Of a stretch of 64,000 bases of DNA, positions 8,311 to 16,935 are shown in pieces. Each line of letters begins with the position of its first letter. Position 1 is the first letter of the stretch. The notes beneath the pieces are model-generated. The model had not been told where the DNA came from and did no database searches. It worked only from the letters and a program-made list of their open reading frames with translations. The position numbers and the translations under genes are program-made. Source of the stretch: a virus; IMG/VR virus record IMGVR_UViG_3300046170_000433, positions 1-64,000 of that record; one strand, 5' to 3'.

Positions 8311-8667
8311 ATGAGTAAGAAAACATATAAAATACCAATAGAGTGGAAGTCTTATGGCTATAATGTCATCGAGGCTGAATCATTAGAGGATGCAATGGAG
8401 ACAGCTAAGCATGAGTCTCTACCACAAGGTGACTATCTGATAGATTCAGACAAGTTCGATTGGGGAAGCATCAAGGAGCAATACCCCGATGAGTGGAAAG
8501 ACGAGAAGCTAGTCAAGGAGTACCAAGAATATGTTCGGGACTTCATGGAAAAGACAAAGGCAATGATCAATTGCTTGCTTCCGGCAACCTATGACCAATG
8601 GAGGGCTTCCAAGCTACTAGAACTACAAACAACAACCAACAGAATAGAAGATATAATGGAGGACTAA
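8311..8667 (+). CDS. Hypothetical early protein
   Basis: Operon-packed; contains IEAESLEDA, a motif common in small phage proteins. Confidence 0.75.
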   Translation: MSKKTYKIPIEWKSYGYNVIEAESLEDAMETAKHESLPQGDYLIDSDKFDWGSIKEQYPDEWKDEKLVKEYQEYVRDFMEKTKAMINCLLPATYDQWRASKLLELQTTTNRIEDIMED

Positions 8668-8668
8668 T

Positions 8669-8932
8669 ATGAGTATAGAAAAAGAACTGAACGAAGAAGT
8701 AAAGAAATCCTGGGGGAATGATATTCCTCTTACCATAAGGCAACTTGAGTTGACATCTCATACACTTGAGATGCTTCGCATTGAGCTAGAGGAGGACTTC
8801 TGTAACTGCAAAGACCAATGGCATGACCCCGAGACTGGGTTTAATCTAGTCAGTAACATGAAGGCATTCAAGTCTGTGCAAGAGGAGATTGATCGAAAGA
8901 TTGGTCAATTAAAGGATCAGCAAATTAATTAA
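8669..8932 (+). CDS. Hypothetical early protein
   Basis: GGAGG Shine-Dalgarno. Confidence 0.75.
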   Translation: MSIEKELNEEVKKSWGNDIPLTIRQLELTSHTLEMLRIELEEDFCNCKDQWHDPETGFNLVSNMKAFKSVQEEIDRKIGQLKDQQIN

Positions 8933-8957
8933 AATTCTTGCTGCAAATTAACAAAAT

Positions 8958-8979
8958 GTAACCTAAATTAATAGATAAC
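8958..8979. promoter_or_regulatory. 22-bp palindromic motif
   Basis: GTAACCTA-AATTAA-TAGATAAC, 1 nt before ATG 8981. Confidence 0.8.
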
Positions 8980-8980
8980 T

Positions 8981-9358
8981 ATGGAACATGAATTCGAGAT
9001 GGAAGAGATGACCATATTTGGTATCGATGTAGTCGTATCAGGTAAGGTCGAGTATAACATCGAGGATACTGCCGTGGGTTATGTCCCCTATGGGGACACC
9101 CATGTGTGGCATCCAGGTGGTGGAATGCAAGCAATAGACATAAAGCTCATTGAGCTGACTGAGCTTGTTGTTACGGGTAATTATGTGGATGGGAAGTGCA
9201 TCGTTGATGCAGGTGAAGTGAATCTCATCACATTACTTAACCAAGGTAAGGATAAAGTGTGGGAATCTATAGCACAAAAAGTCGAGCTTGATGATGCAAT
9301 TGAGTCTGAGACTGAGAGTGCTAAGGAAGAAGCCGCATTAGCGAGGGCTGGATTATGA
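8981..9358 (+). CDS. Acidic hypothetical protein
   Basis: ORF following the motif. Confidence 0.75.
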   Translation: MEHEFEMEEMTIFGIDVVVSGKVEYNIEDTAVGYVPYGDTHVWHPGGGMQAIDIKLIELTELVVTGNYVDGKCIVDAGEVNLITLLNQGKDKVWESIAQKVELDDAIESETESAKEEAALARAGL

Positions 9359-9741
9359 AGAATGATCCTAGATACTTGCTAGACTATGACAGACGTGTGG
9401 AGGTGTATCGTAACCTTCATAAGGGCTGTTGGTCTATCCGACAAGATGGGTTGGTAAAAGCTCATACTGATATGGCATTCTTATTCAATCCTAGGTTTGT
9501 CGTTCGAGAGAATGGTAGGCTTAGGGTTAATGAGAAGAGGAGCAAGAATGTTCACGCATGGCTAACGGGTATCTTACATGAGAATCCGAGCCGTGTGCAT
9601 GAGATTGGCAACTCCCATTGGCGTATGGTCACCTACGATCCGTACAAATATAAATCGTTTGTCACAAAGTCAGACAAGCAACCAGTAGATAACGCCAAAC
9701 AAGCGTGGATGATGACTCCCTATGTTTGGATTAAACAATAA
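9355..9741 (+). CDS. Conserved phage hypothetical protein
   Basis: VYRNLHK...WS and K-N-V-H-A motifs seen in a widespread phage family of unknown function. Confidence 0.75.
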   Translation: MKNDPRYLLDYDRRVEVYRNLHKGCWSIRQDGLVKAHTDMAFLFNPRFVVRENGRLRVNEKRSKNVHAWLTGILHENPSRVHEIGNSHWRMVTYDPYKYKSFVTKSDKQPVDNAKQAWMMTPYVWIKQ

Positions 9742-9748
9742 TAAGATT

Positions 9749-9770
9749 GTAACCTAGATAATTATATTAC
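9749..9770. promoter_or_regulatory. 22-bp palindromic motif
   Basis: GTAACCTA-GATAAT-TATATTAC, 2 nt before ATG 9773. Confidence 0.75.
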
Positions 9771-9772
9771 AA

Positions 9773-11395
9773 ATGAATGATGAAAAAAACTATGAAGAAG
9801 AACAAATACAAGGCATACTTACCGAGAACGTCGTTACTCACCTCTCTATGTGTTCGGGATACGAAGGAATGGGCAGAGGGCTTAGAGGAATATTCCCTAA
9901 CTTGCGAGAAATCGCATACGTGGAACGGGAAGGATACGCTTGCGCGAACTTGGTTGCAAAGATTGAAGAGGGTGAATTGGCTGAGGCACCTGTCTTTACG
10001 GATGTTAAAGAGTTCCCATACGGAAAGTTCCGTGGATGCGTGGACATCTTATCTGCGGGCTTCCCTTGCCAACCCTTCAGCTCGTCAGGCATTCGGAAAG
10101 GAACTGAAGACCCGAGGCATCTGTTCCCCTTCATCGCAAACGGAATTAATCTTTGCCGACCAAACTGGGTCGCCCTCGAAAATGTCGAAGGAATCATCAG
10201 TTGTAAGTTCGGTGGCGAGCAGAACACAAGCGTTCTCAAATATGTCTTGGCAAGAATGGAAGAAATTGGTTACGAAGGTGCGTTCACTGTGGTCAGTGCG
10301 AGTGAAGAAGGCGCGCCTCACCAACGTAAAAGAGTCTTCATGCTCTTCCGCAACGCACACCCAGATGAATCTGAACGACCATTGGGGGACGCCGAAGGAG
10401 CAGGACTCCCGAGCCTGTCTAGTGGATCGGGGGAAGAGCAACCTTGGCGAGCAGGTACATGGCCTGCACGTCCAGGGCAAGCTCAGCACGGATGGGAAGC
10501 CCCAAGGGTTGTCATGGCCGACACCAAGGACAGGGAAGACGGACGGGACACCCGAGTCGGAAAAGAACAGACAGAGTCCGAGTCTGTCATCAGTAGCTCT
10601 GGGGGACGAGAAGACTTGGCCGACACCAACGACAGGGGAGGAGAAAGCAACTCGCCCGATGGGCAACCAAAAGCAGAAGATGCTCAGCCATGTAGCGATA
10701 ACGGAGACGGCTATTCAACAATCGAAAGATGCGTCCGGCAAAGCATGGGCAACCCCATCGACAATGGACACGCTTCCTCCGAAGAATGCCGAGGCACTAG
10801 CAAGGAACAAGAAGAAGGGAGGGTGCAAGAATCTGAGGGAGGATGTAGTGAAGACAGAACTAGTGAATCCTCAGATAATGTTCCCAACTCCGACAGTTGC
10901 AGGATTAGTGGAGGGCGGAGTAGCCAAGAATGTGGAGATGACGGAGACGGGCTTCACAGCGACACGGGAGAACGGGACGAAGTACGGAGCGAAGCTGAGG
11001 GATGCCGTGGAGAAGATGGAGAGTTGGGCGACACCACAAGCGAGCGATCATGTGGAAGGAGCGAGAACCTCCTTGGATTCCAACCAGAAATGTTTGGGGA
11101 GGGACTTGAAACAACAATGGGCGACTCCTCAAGCTTACGATCACAACAAGAACCCCGAGTCGGAAGTGAACAGCAAGCAAGCTACACTAGCGAGGAATCT
11201 GGGAAGGCTGAATACTCACGGGAAACTGAACCCGAATTGGGTAGAACAGCTAATGGGCCTTCATCAGGGTACTACGCTACTCCCGAGGAAATGGCTCTGC
11301 GAGTCCCCCGACTTAGACTCTTAGGGAATGGCATTGTGCCAGCCCAAGCCGAGCGAGCATACAGAATCCTGTTTGCTCGTTTCATTAACATGTAA
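9773..11395 (+). CDS. C5-cytosine DNA methyltransferase, catalytic (alpha-type) chain
   Basis: Motif I SMCSGYEG, IV GFPCQPFS, VI ENVEG, VIII QRKRVF, X RLLGNGIVP; motif IX is missing from this frame. Confidence 0.92.
   Translation: MNDEKNYEEEQIQGILTENVVTHLSMCSGYEGMGRGLRGIFPNLREIAYVEREGYACANLVAKIEEGELAEAPVFTDVKEFPYGKFRGCVDILSAGFPCQPFSSSGIRKGTEDPRHLFPFIANGINLCRPNWVALENVEGIISCKFGGEQNTSVLKYVLARMEEIGYEGAFTVVSASEEGAPHQRKRVFMLFRNAHPDESERPLGDAEGAGLPSLSSGSGEEQPWRAGTWPARPGQAQHGWEAPRVVMADTKDREDGRDTRVGKEQTESESVISSSGGREDLADTNDRGGESNSPDGQPKAEDAQPCSDNGDGYSTIERCVRQSMGNPIDNGHASSEECRGTSKEQEEGRVQESEGGCSEDRTSESSDNVPNSDSCRISGGRSSQECGDDGDGLHSDTGERDEVRSEAEGCRGEDGELGDTTSERSCGRSENLLGFQPEMFGEGLETTMGDSSSLRSQQEPRVGSEQQASYTSEESGKAEYSRETEPELGRTANGPSSGYYATPEEMALRVPRLRLLGNGIVPAQAERAYRILFARFINM
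9777..11324 (+). CDS. Overlapping +1-frame protein, putative methyltransferase beta-type chain
   Basis: 515 codons without a stop, fully inside the MTase gene; seven (W/F)xTP modules; C-terminal KLNPNWVEQLMGL resembles motif IX. Confidence 0.75.
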   Translation: MMKKTMKKNKYKAYLPRTSLLTSLCVRDTKEWAEGLEEYSLTCEKSHTWNGKDTLARTWLQRLKRVNWLRHLSLRMLKSSHTESSVDAWTSYLRASLANPSARQAFGKELKTRGICSPSSQTELIFADQTGSPSKMSKESSVVSSVASRTQAFSNMSWQEWKKLVTKVRSLWSVRVKKARLTNVKESSCSSATHTQMNLNDHWGTPKEQDSRACLVDRGKSNLGEQVHGLHVQGKLSTDGKPQGLSWPTPRTGKTDGTPESEKNRQSPSLSSVALGDEKTWPTPTTGEEKATRPMGNQKQKMLSHVAITETAIQQSKDASGKAWATPSTMDTLPPKNAEALARNKKKGGCKNLREDVVKTELVNPQIMFPTPTVAGLVEGGVAKNVEMTETGFTATRENGTKYGAKLRDAVEKMESWATPQASDHVEGARTSLDSNQKCLGRDLKQQWATPQAYDHNKNPESEVNSKQATLARNLGRLNTHGKLNPNWVEQLMGLHQGTTLLPRKWLCESPDLDS

Positions 11396-11413
11396 CCCAA
11401 ATAACTAGATAAC
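11392..11413. promoter_or_regulatory. 22-bp palindromic motif
   Basis: GTAACCCA-AATAAC-TAGATAAC, 10 nt before ATG 11424. Confidence 0.8.
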
Positions 11414-11423
11414 TAATACTACC

Positions 11424-11933
11424 ATGAGTGATATATACAAAGAACTAATCGCCCTTCAACGGGCAAACAATAACGTCAGAACCAAGGTTAACGAGTGGCT
11501 TCAACAGAATGTGCATGAGGATGCAGAGTCCCTTCAGTCCATTGTTATGGATGAACTTGGTGAGCTTCTTCCGATGCCCGAGGGTGGTTGGCTTGAGGGC
11601 TATGAAGACAGAGAAGCACAGATTGAGCAAGTCAAGGAGAAGCTATACAAGGATTTGCTCGCCTTCCTCAAGGACGAGCCAGTCAAGCGTGAGGAAGTTG
11701 TGGAGGTAGAAGACCCAACTCAACCAATCGTGGAAGAGCCTAAGCCTGAGCCTAAGCCTAAACCTAAGCCAAAGCCTAAGCCCAAGCCTGCTGACAACGA
11801 GGTTGCTACTGCAATCGTCACTCTACTCAACAGCAGTAAGGGTGCTGGTATCACAGAGGAGAGAGTCCGTGAGATAGTCCGTGAGGAAATATCTAAGATG
11901 GTCGATCAACTCTATATCGGTGTGCTTTCATGA
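11424..11933 (+). CDS. Hypothetical protein with Pro-Lys linker
   Basis: (PK)n tract encoded by CCWAAR-type hexamer repeats at about 11739-11790. Confidence 0.8.
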   Translation: MSDIYKELIALQRANNNVRTKVNEWLQQNVHEDAESLQSIVMDELGELLPMPEGGWLEGYEDREAQIEQVKEKLYKDLLAFLKDEPVKREEVVEVEDPTQPIVEEPKPEPKPKPKPKPKPKPADNEVATAIVTLLNSSKGAGITEERVREIVREEISKMVDQLYIGVLS

Positions 11934-12208
11934 GTAACCGAATGCCTGAAGAAGCGGAGGAGGAGGTACAGCCCCCTCCGTTTGATATGGATGGAACCTA
12001 CAAGCATTTCAATGAGAATGCCATACCTATGGATATGTGGTCTAAATCAGAATGCTTGATGGCTAGATTCCAAGAGCTATCCCTGCCTATGGAGCTATAC
12101 CCGAGTTGCTACATGCAAGTCGAGCAAGGTGCTATGCTCCTTATGTGGACGGTGGATAAAGAAAAAGAACAAGTAGGCTATGCCCTACATATGTTACCTC
12201 AGACCTAA
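11930..12208 (+). CDS. Hypothetical protein
   Basis: ATGA-coupled ORF. Confidence 0.65.
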   Translation: MSNRMPEEAEEEVQPPPFDMDGTYKHFNENAIPMDMWSKSECLMARFQELSLPMELYPSCYMQVEQGAMLLMWTVDKEKEQVGYALHMLPQT

Positions 12209-12216
12209 CCTAACAA

Positions 12217-12393
12217 TTTGAGCTAAGCAGATTCCTAGTGAGTCTCCCTCTATTTGCCCCACAAAAAAGCGAAGAAGCATCTTATGTATGTGCTTCCTAG
12301 CTGGGGTTGTCTGAGGACGGGGAGACAAGGGATATGGCAAGCGTGGGCAGAAAATCCACGTGATAACCCGAAACCTGTCTGCACGGCTCTAAA
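12217..12393 (+). ncRNA. Candidate structured intergenic RNA element
   Basis: Nested complements GAGC/GCTC, GCAGA/TCTGC, ATTCCT/AGGGAT, GTCTCCC/GGGAGAC, GAAGCAT/GTGCTTC, CGTGG/CCACG. Confidence 0.45.
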
Positions 12394-12413
12394 CCTAAAG
12401 AAAGGAAATCAAG

Positions 12414-13346
12414 ATGATAAATATGTACAGAGACACACACTACCACAACCCATACTTAGATGGATATAATAAAGAACTACTACTCAACAATCTGTCTCGA
12501 GGGATAGAGGCATGCATCCTCGCAAAGTGGGGAACTGTCGGAGTCGATATGGCTGTTGAGAAAAGTGTAATTCAAGCAATGGAGGCATGTAAGATTGATG
12601 CATCCTTCCTTGAGGTCAAGTGGCCTGCTCCTATGATTCGTATGCAATTCGAAGGTAAAGAGCGTAAGGACTTGTGGATCGCACGAGGCAATTACAAGGA
12701 GATGATGGAGGAGGGAACTAGGCTAGCTCGATGGAGTGGTGACAAGCATCAGCTTGATGGCATTGAAACCATGAAGTCGCTATATGAGCATCCTTCCTCT
12801 GTAGAGTGGTCAGATGATACCATACTATATTCTATCCAGAATGTTAGTGAGAGGGGAAATATCAACGGTCACTTTGCGTCTTCGACCACTGGCGAGAACC
12901 TAATTTCCGACTTGCACAAGGCTAGTATCCATGACGATCCAGACCCCGAGAATAGTGCTAGGGTAATATTCGATCATGTGATGTTGGCTTTGAAGGTCAT
13001 GAGTTATGCATCAAATGAATACTTCCGCCCGACACCAGTCAGGAAAGACAATGTGAAGCTTCGGAAGAAACTAAAAAACAAAGGCTTTGATGTGCGCAAG
13101 AAGGGTAGTCTTCAAAGGGTTGTTTACCTCCCTAAGATTGTCCGAGAAGCATGCTCAAAGTCTAAGAGTTATACACCTACTAAACCATTACAGAACGGGA
13201 GAATCGGTTTCTTGAGGCAACTGAGGTCTGACTACTTTGTAAACAAGCAAGGTCAGTCCGTCCTTATCCCTCCCCTACCCGACAAGAACGGTAGATTCCC
13301 TAAAGTTCTATACAAGGTCAAAGACATCAAAGACTTGGCCGCCTAA
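12414..13346 (+). CDS. Hypothetical protein, 310 aa, basic C-terminus
   Basis: Long ORF with AAAGGA Shine-Dalgarno. Confidence 0.8.
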   Translation: MINMYRDTHYHNPYLDGYNKELLLNNLSRGIEACILAKWGTVGVDMAVEKSVIQAMEACKIDASFLEVKWPAPMIRMQFEGKERKDLWIARGNYKEMMEEGTRLARWSGDKHQLDGIETMKSLYEHPSSVEWSDDTILYSIQNVSERGNINGHFASSTTGENLISDLHKASIHDDPDPENSARVIFDHVMLALKVMSYASNEYFRPTPVRKDNVKLRKKLKNKGFDVRKKGSLQRVVYLPKIVREACSKSKSYTPTKPLQNGRIGFLRQLRSDYFVNKQGQSVLIPPLPDKNGRFPKVLYKVKDIKDLAA

Positions 13347-13373
13347 CACAAACCCGCTAACGAAAGGAACGTC

Positions 13374-15860
13374 ATGAAATATAATATGTGGCTTAACCCA
13401 CTTGGTGCTATCCGTACCAGTCCAACTAAAAATACTAGCATAGATGCTAAGCTGTCCTATGTGGACGGCATGACTCCTATGGCACTTGTCGTTGTGTCTA
13501 CTGACAGACGCGTACTGCAAGAGCTGTATAATAATCACAATGTAGAAATAGAGCCTAACTCTAAGGCAAGTATCAATGAGGCACTCAATGAATCTAAGTT
13601 CACGCCTCCACCACTCCGCCCATTAACTCCTTATGAGATGGTGGGCATGATCGATGAGGTCAAGTTGCTCGAGGCAAAGGAAATACCTGAGAAGCCCAAG
13701 GACTTCAAGTACCATGGTGAAGGCTCTTGGCCTAATATCAAGAAAGGTAACAAGTATAAGTTCCGTAGGCTCAAGTACTCGTATGCTCGCCCTCTTAGTA
13801 AGAAGAAGATGCACACGGATCCTGATGGCAGAACCTATGTCCTTGACCATGAGCTTGAGCGTTATGGTGTAGATGCCGGATATGTTTTCCGTGACGAGGA
13901 CAATCAAGAGTTTGTCTTCCGAGATAATCCAGTTGGGCAAGGAGAGTTCGCAAGCACATGGGTATGGAAGTTCTTTGAGATGCCCGAAATAAAAACGGTT
14001 GCAGAACATAGACCAAAGCTATTCGAGCATTACAATAAGAAGCTAGAGCTACTCGAAGAACTAAATGGTATACCATTCTATCCTGGGCAGAAGGATTACA
14101 TAGCTCGTGTACTCTGTGTGGATGAGGCTATGGTGAGTGGTGATGTCGGCACTGGTAAGACTTGCATGGCTATCTCTATCAAGAATGCCAAGAATGCTAA
14201 GCGTTGTCTTATTGTTGCACCCAAAGGTACGGTCAAAGATGCATCGGGTCATTCAGTCAAGCATGACCCAGCTCAATGGGTAGCTGAGATAAACAAGTTC
14301 TCCCCTGATACAAAGGTGTACACATTGTTCACCCTTGATGACTACAAGTCATTGCTTCGCCCCAATGGTACTTTACCTCCAGGTATGTACATTACTTATC
14401 CCAATGCCTTCTGTACTACCAAGGCATTTGAGAAGATTCCTAAAGCTTGGGCTGCCAATAAGCGTGAACAGAAATTCCGTGAGCGTCTTAGGGACTTGGA
14501 CTTCGATGCACCTTATGACAAGGAGAAGCCACCCTCTACTGAGAATCAATGGCATCGTGGTGTCGGGCAGACTCGCAATGGATTCACCTGCATAGTCAAG
14601 CCTAGCCTGTGTACCTTATCCAAGCATCAGTTTGATATGGCTCTGATCGATGAGGCTCACATCATGCAGACACTAGACTCAGCAGTAACATCATGCCTAC
14701 TTAGATTACAACCCAAGTATAGATATGCTTTTACGGCTACACCTGTACCCAATATGCTACCAAACATATTCCCGATAGCAGGTTGGCTAGCTGTACCTAA
14801 CTGGTATCACGGTGAGAAGAGTAATCCAAGATGGCCTTATACCATCGAGGGTGAGGGTGACTTCAAGTCCACATTCCATACCCAAGAGCGTGACTTCACC
14901 GAGGAGTCTGTCCGTAACAATGGAAGCTATTGTGTAAAGATTTCACCCACAATCAGTCAGACTCAGCGACTACTCAAGGTACTCAAGTCTATCGTTGCCT
15001 ACATATCCAAGGAAGAATGCAATCCTGATGTAGTAGATTGCGAAGTAGAAACTATCCGTGTACCTCTTGGCTTTGCTCAGAAGAAGCTGTATGCACACAA
15101 CCTAGATATATCTAATATCCCATGGCGTGATCCAAAGACAAAGTATGGTGTGCAGTTACAGAGACTCAGAGGCATCTGTGCAGATCCTGCTGGAAGAAGC
15201 TTCAATAATGATTGGGTAAGTTCCAACTTTAATCCAAAGCTCATCACAACCCTAGAGCTTATTGGTGATGTACTCCAGAAGGGTGAGCAAATAATTCACA
15301 TATCGTCATCATGTGGTCAAACGACAGAGCTGATCAAGAGACTTGGAGAGGCTGGAATTGAGTGTTCACGCATTGACTCTGAAGCTAGCAACCATGTCCG
15401 TGAGGCTAACAACTTCAAGAATGGTAAGACTAAGGTACTAGCAATGGGTGCTAAGTGTGCTGTTGGTCATAGCTTCAAGGATTGTAATAACATGATCATC
15501 GGTTCGTTTGACTGGAGCTTCGGTGCTTTCCATCAAGCCATGGGTAGAGTCTATCGACTTAACTCTACCAAGGATGTAAATATTAAAGTTCTACTTAATA
15601 AAGACACAATCGAAGAAGCCATGTTTGATAAGCTTGCAGACAAGCGTGATGCAGCAACGGTATGCCTTCTCGGTGAGTATGTACCTGCTGACTTCAAGGA
15701 GGGTGATGCTAGTGAAGTATTCGCTGAACACTTCCTTGCCTTCGATAGTGAGAGAGTTGATACAGAACCTGAGATAAAGATGGAAGCCCAATGGGGTAAG
15801 CTAAAAGGTAAGCTAGCTGTCCAAGCCAATGTCGAAATTAAGGATAAACAATTAGCTTGA
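13374..15860 (+). CDS. SNF2-like (SF2) helicase/ATPase
   Basis: Walker A GDVGTGKT, DEAH, TATP, QAMGRVYR. Confidence 0.9.
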   Translation: MKYNMWLNPLGAIRTSPTKNTSIDAKLSYVDGMTPMALVVVSTDRRVLQELYNNHNVEIEPNSKASINEALNESKFTPPPLRPLTPYEMVGMIDEVKLLEAKEIPEKPKDFKYHGEGSWPNIKKGNKYKFRRLKYSYARPLSKKKMHTDPDGRTYVLDHELERYGVDAGYVFRDEDNQEFVFRDNPVGQGEFASTWVWKFFEMPEIKTVAEHRPKLFEHYNKKLELLEELNGIPFYPGQKDYIARVLCVDEAMVSGDVGTGKTCMAISIKNAKNAKRCLIVAPKGTVKDASGHSVKHDPAQWVAEINKFSPDTKVYTLFTLDDYKSLLRPNGTLPPGMYITYPNAFCTTKAFEKIPKAWAANKREQKFRERLRDLDFDAPYDKEKPPSTENQWHRGVGQTRNGFTCIVKPSLCTLSKHQFDMALIDEAHIMQTLDSAVTSCLLRLQPKYRYAFTATPVPNMLPNIFPIAGWLAVPNWYHGEKSNPRWPYTIEGEGDFKSTFHTQERDFTEESVRNNGSYCVKISPTISQTQRLLKVLKSIVAYISKEECNPDVVDCEVETIRVPLGFAQKKLYAHNLDISNIPWRDPKTKYGVQLQRLRGICADPAGRSFNNDWVSSNFNPKLITTLELIGDVLQKGEQIIHISSSCGQTTELIKRLGEAGIECSRIDSEASNHVREANNFKNGKTKVLAMGAKCAVGHSFKDCNNMIIGSFDWSFGAFHQAMGRVYRLNSTKDVNIKVLLNKDTIEEAMFDKLADKRDAATVCLLGEYVPADFKEGDASEVFAEHFLAFDSERVDTEPEIKMEAQWGKLKGKLAVQANVEIKDKQLA

Positions 15861-15894
15861 TTAAGTGTAACCTAATGAATAGGAGTGTAACAAA

Positions 15895-16935
15895 ATGAAA
15901 ATAACTAAGAGTGAAAATGGGAACTTCTCAGTAAAGTACAAGGATGCTTCTGGTAACTCTAGGTCAACCAACCTACGCACCAAAGATCGGAAGGAAGCCA
16001 GTAGACTAGTAAAAGATTTACGCATCGAGGAGCTTGAGCAAGCTGGCAAGCTTGGAGTATTGTCAGCCGAGGTGATTACCAAGATTGCTGGCAGTAAGTC
16101 CATGAAGTATTGGGATGTTGTCCAGGAATACGAGCAGCACATGAGAATGTCTGCTATCTCCGAGAACTCCATCTATACGATGATGGCTATCTTTGAACAC
16201 TTCGGTAAGCTGTACAAGGTTATAGATAAACCTATGGCATTAATTGAAGATAAGAAGATATATAATTATCTGAACACCGCTGATGACACATCACTAAGTA
16301 ATCGTGCATTACGGAAGTCTACACTCAGTCAGTTGTGGAACTTTGCTCAGATAAAGATGTATGTCATGGTAAACCCAATGATGTTTATCAAGATCGATAA
16401 GTCTAAGCTCAAGCATGAGCAGAAGACTCCGAAGGAAAGAAAGATATTCTACAAGAAGGAAGTGGATAAGATTATCAAGCATGCCCCTTACTTCTTTAGG
16501 CAGGCTACAGCGTTATCCTATTGGACTGGTCTTAGGCTCGGTGATATCTGTTCTCTCGAGTGGGCAAGCATCAAGGATCGTAATCGTCTAGTCGTATGGA
16601 CAGAGAAAAGAGATAAGCTAGTATCAATTGATACCATGGATCCTGCCTTTGGTGGTGGGATTGTAAAAGAAGTACTAGCCGAGATTGATGTAGAGGATAA
16701 GGTCTACTGCTTTCCTTCATGGCACAAGACCATGAGTGACCCCAAGAATAGGTCAAAGGCTAGTGTTTACTTCGGCAGGATCTGCGAACGATTAGAGATT
16801 CACGGCAGAAGCTTTCATTGCCTTCGCCATTCCTGTATCACAAGGTTAAGTAAGATCGGTGTGAGTATTGAAGCTATCGGCAAGGCTGTTGGTCATTCTA
16901 ATACCAAGACAACCGAAGGCTATATACACAAGTGA
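15895..16935 (+). CDS. Tyrosine recombinase/integrase 1
   Basis: TGLRLGD, HCLRH, VGHS and catalytic Tyr (EGYIH); N-terminal arm-binding-like segment; a variant GTAACCTA site lies at 15867. Confidence 0.92.
   Translation: MKITKSENGNFSVKYKDASGNSRSTNLRTKDRKEASRLVKDLRIEELEQAGKLGVLSAEVITKIAGSKSMKYWDVVQEYEQHMRMSAISENSIYTMMAIFEHFGKLYKVIDKPMALIEDKKIYNYLNTADDTSLSNRALRKSTLSQLWNFAQIKMYVMVNPMMFIKIDKSKLKHEQKTPKERKIFYKKEVDKIIKHAPYFFRQATALSYWTGLRLGDICSLEWASIKDRNRLVVWTEKRDKLVSIDTMDPAFGGGIVKEVLAEIDVEDKVYCFPSWHKTMSDPKNRSKASVYFGRICERLEIHGRSFHCLRHSCITRLSKIGVSIEAIGKAVGHSNTKTTEGYIHK

Noticed and set aside
12303-12376. Hammerhead ribozyme (CTGAGGA ... GAAA)
   Set aside because: Stem II needs an extra bulged C and stem I cannot form; a stronger competing helix exists
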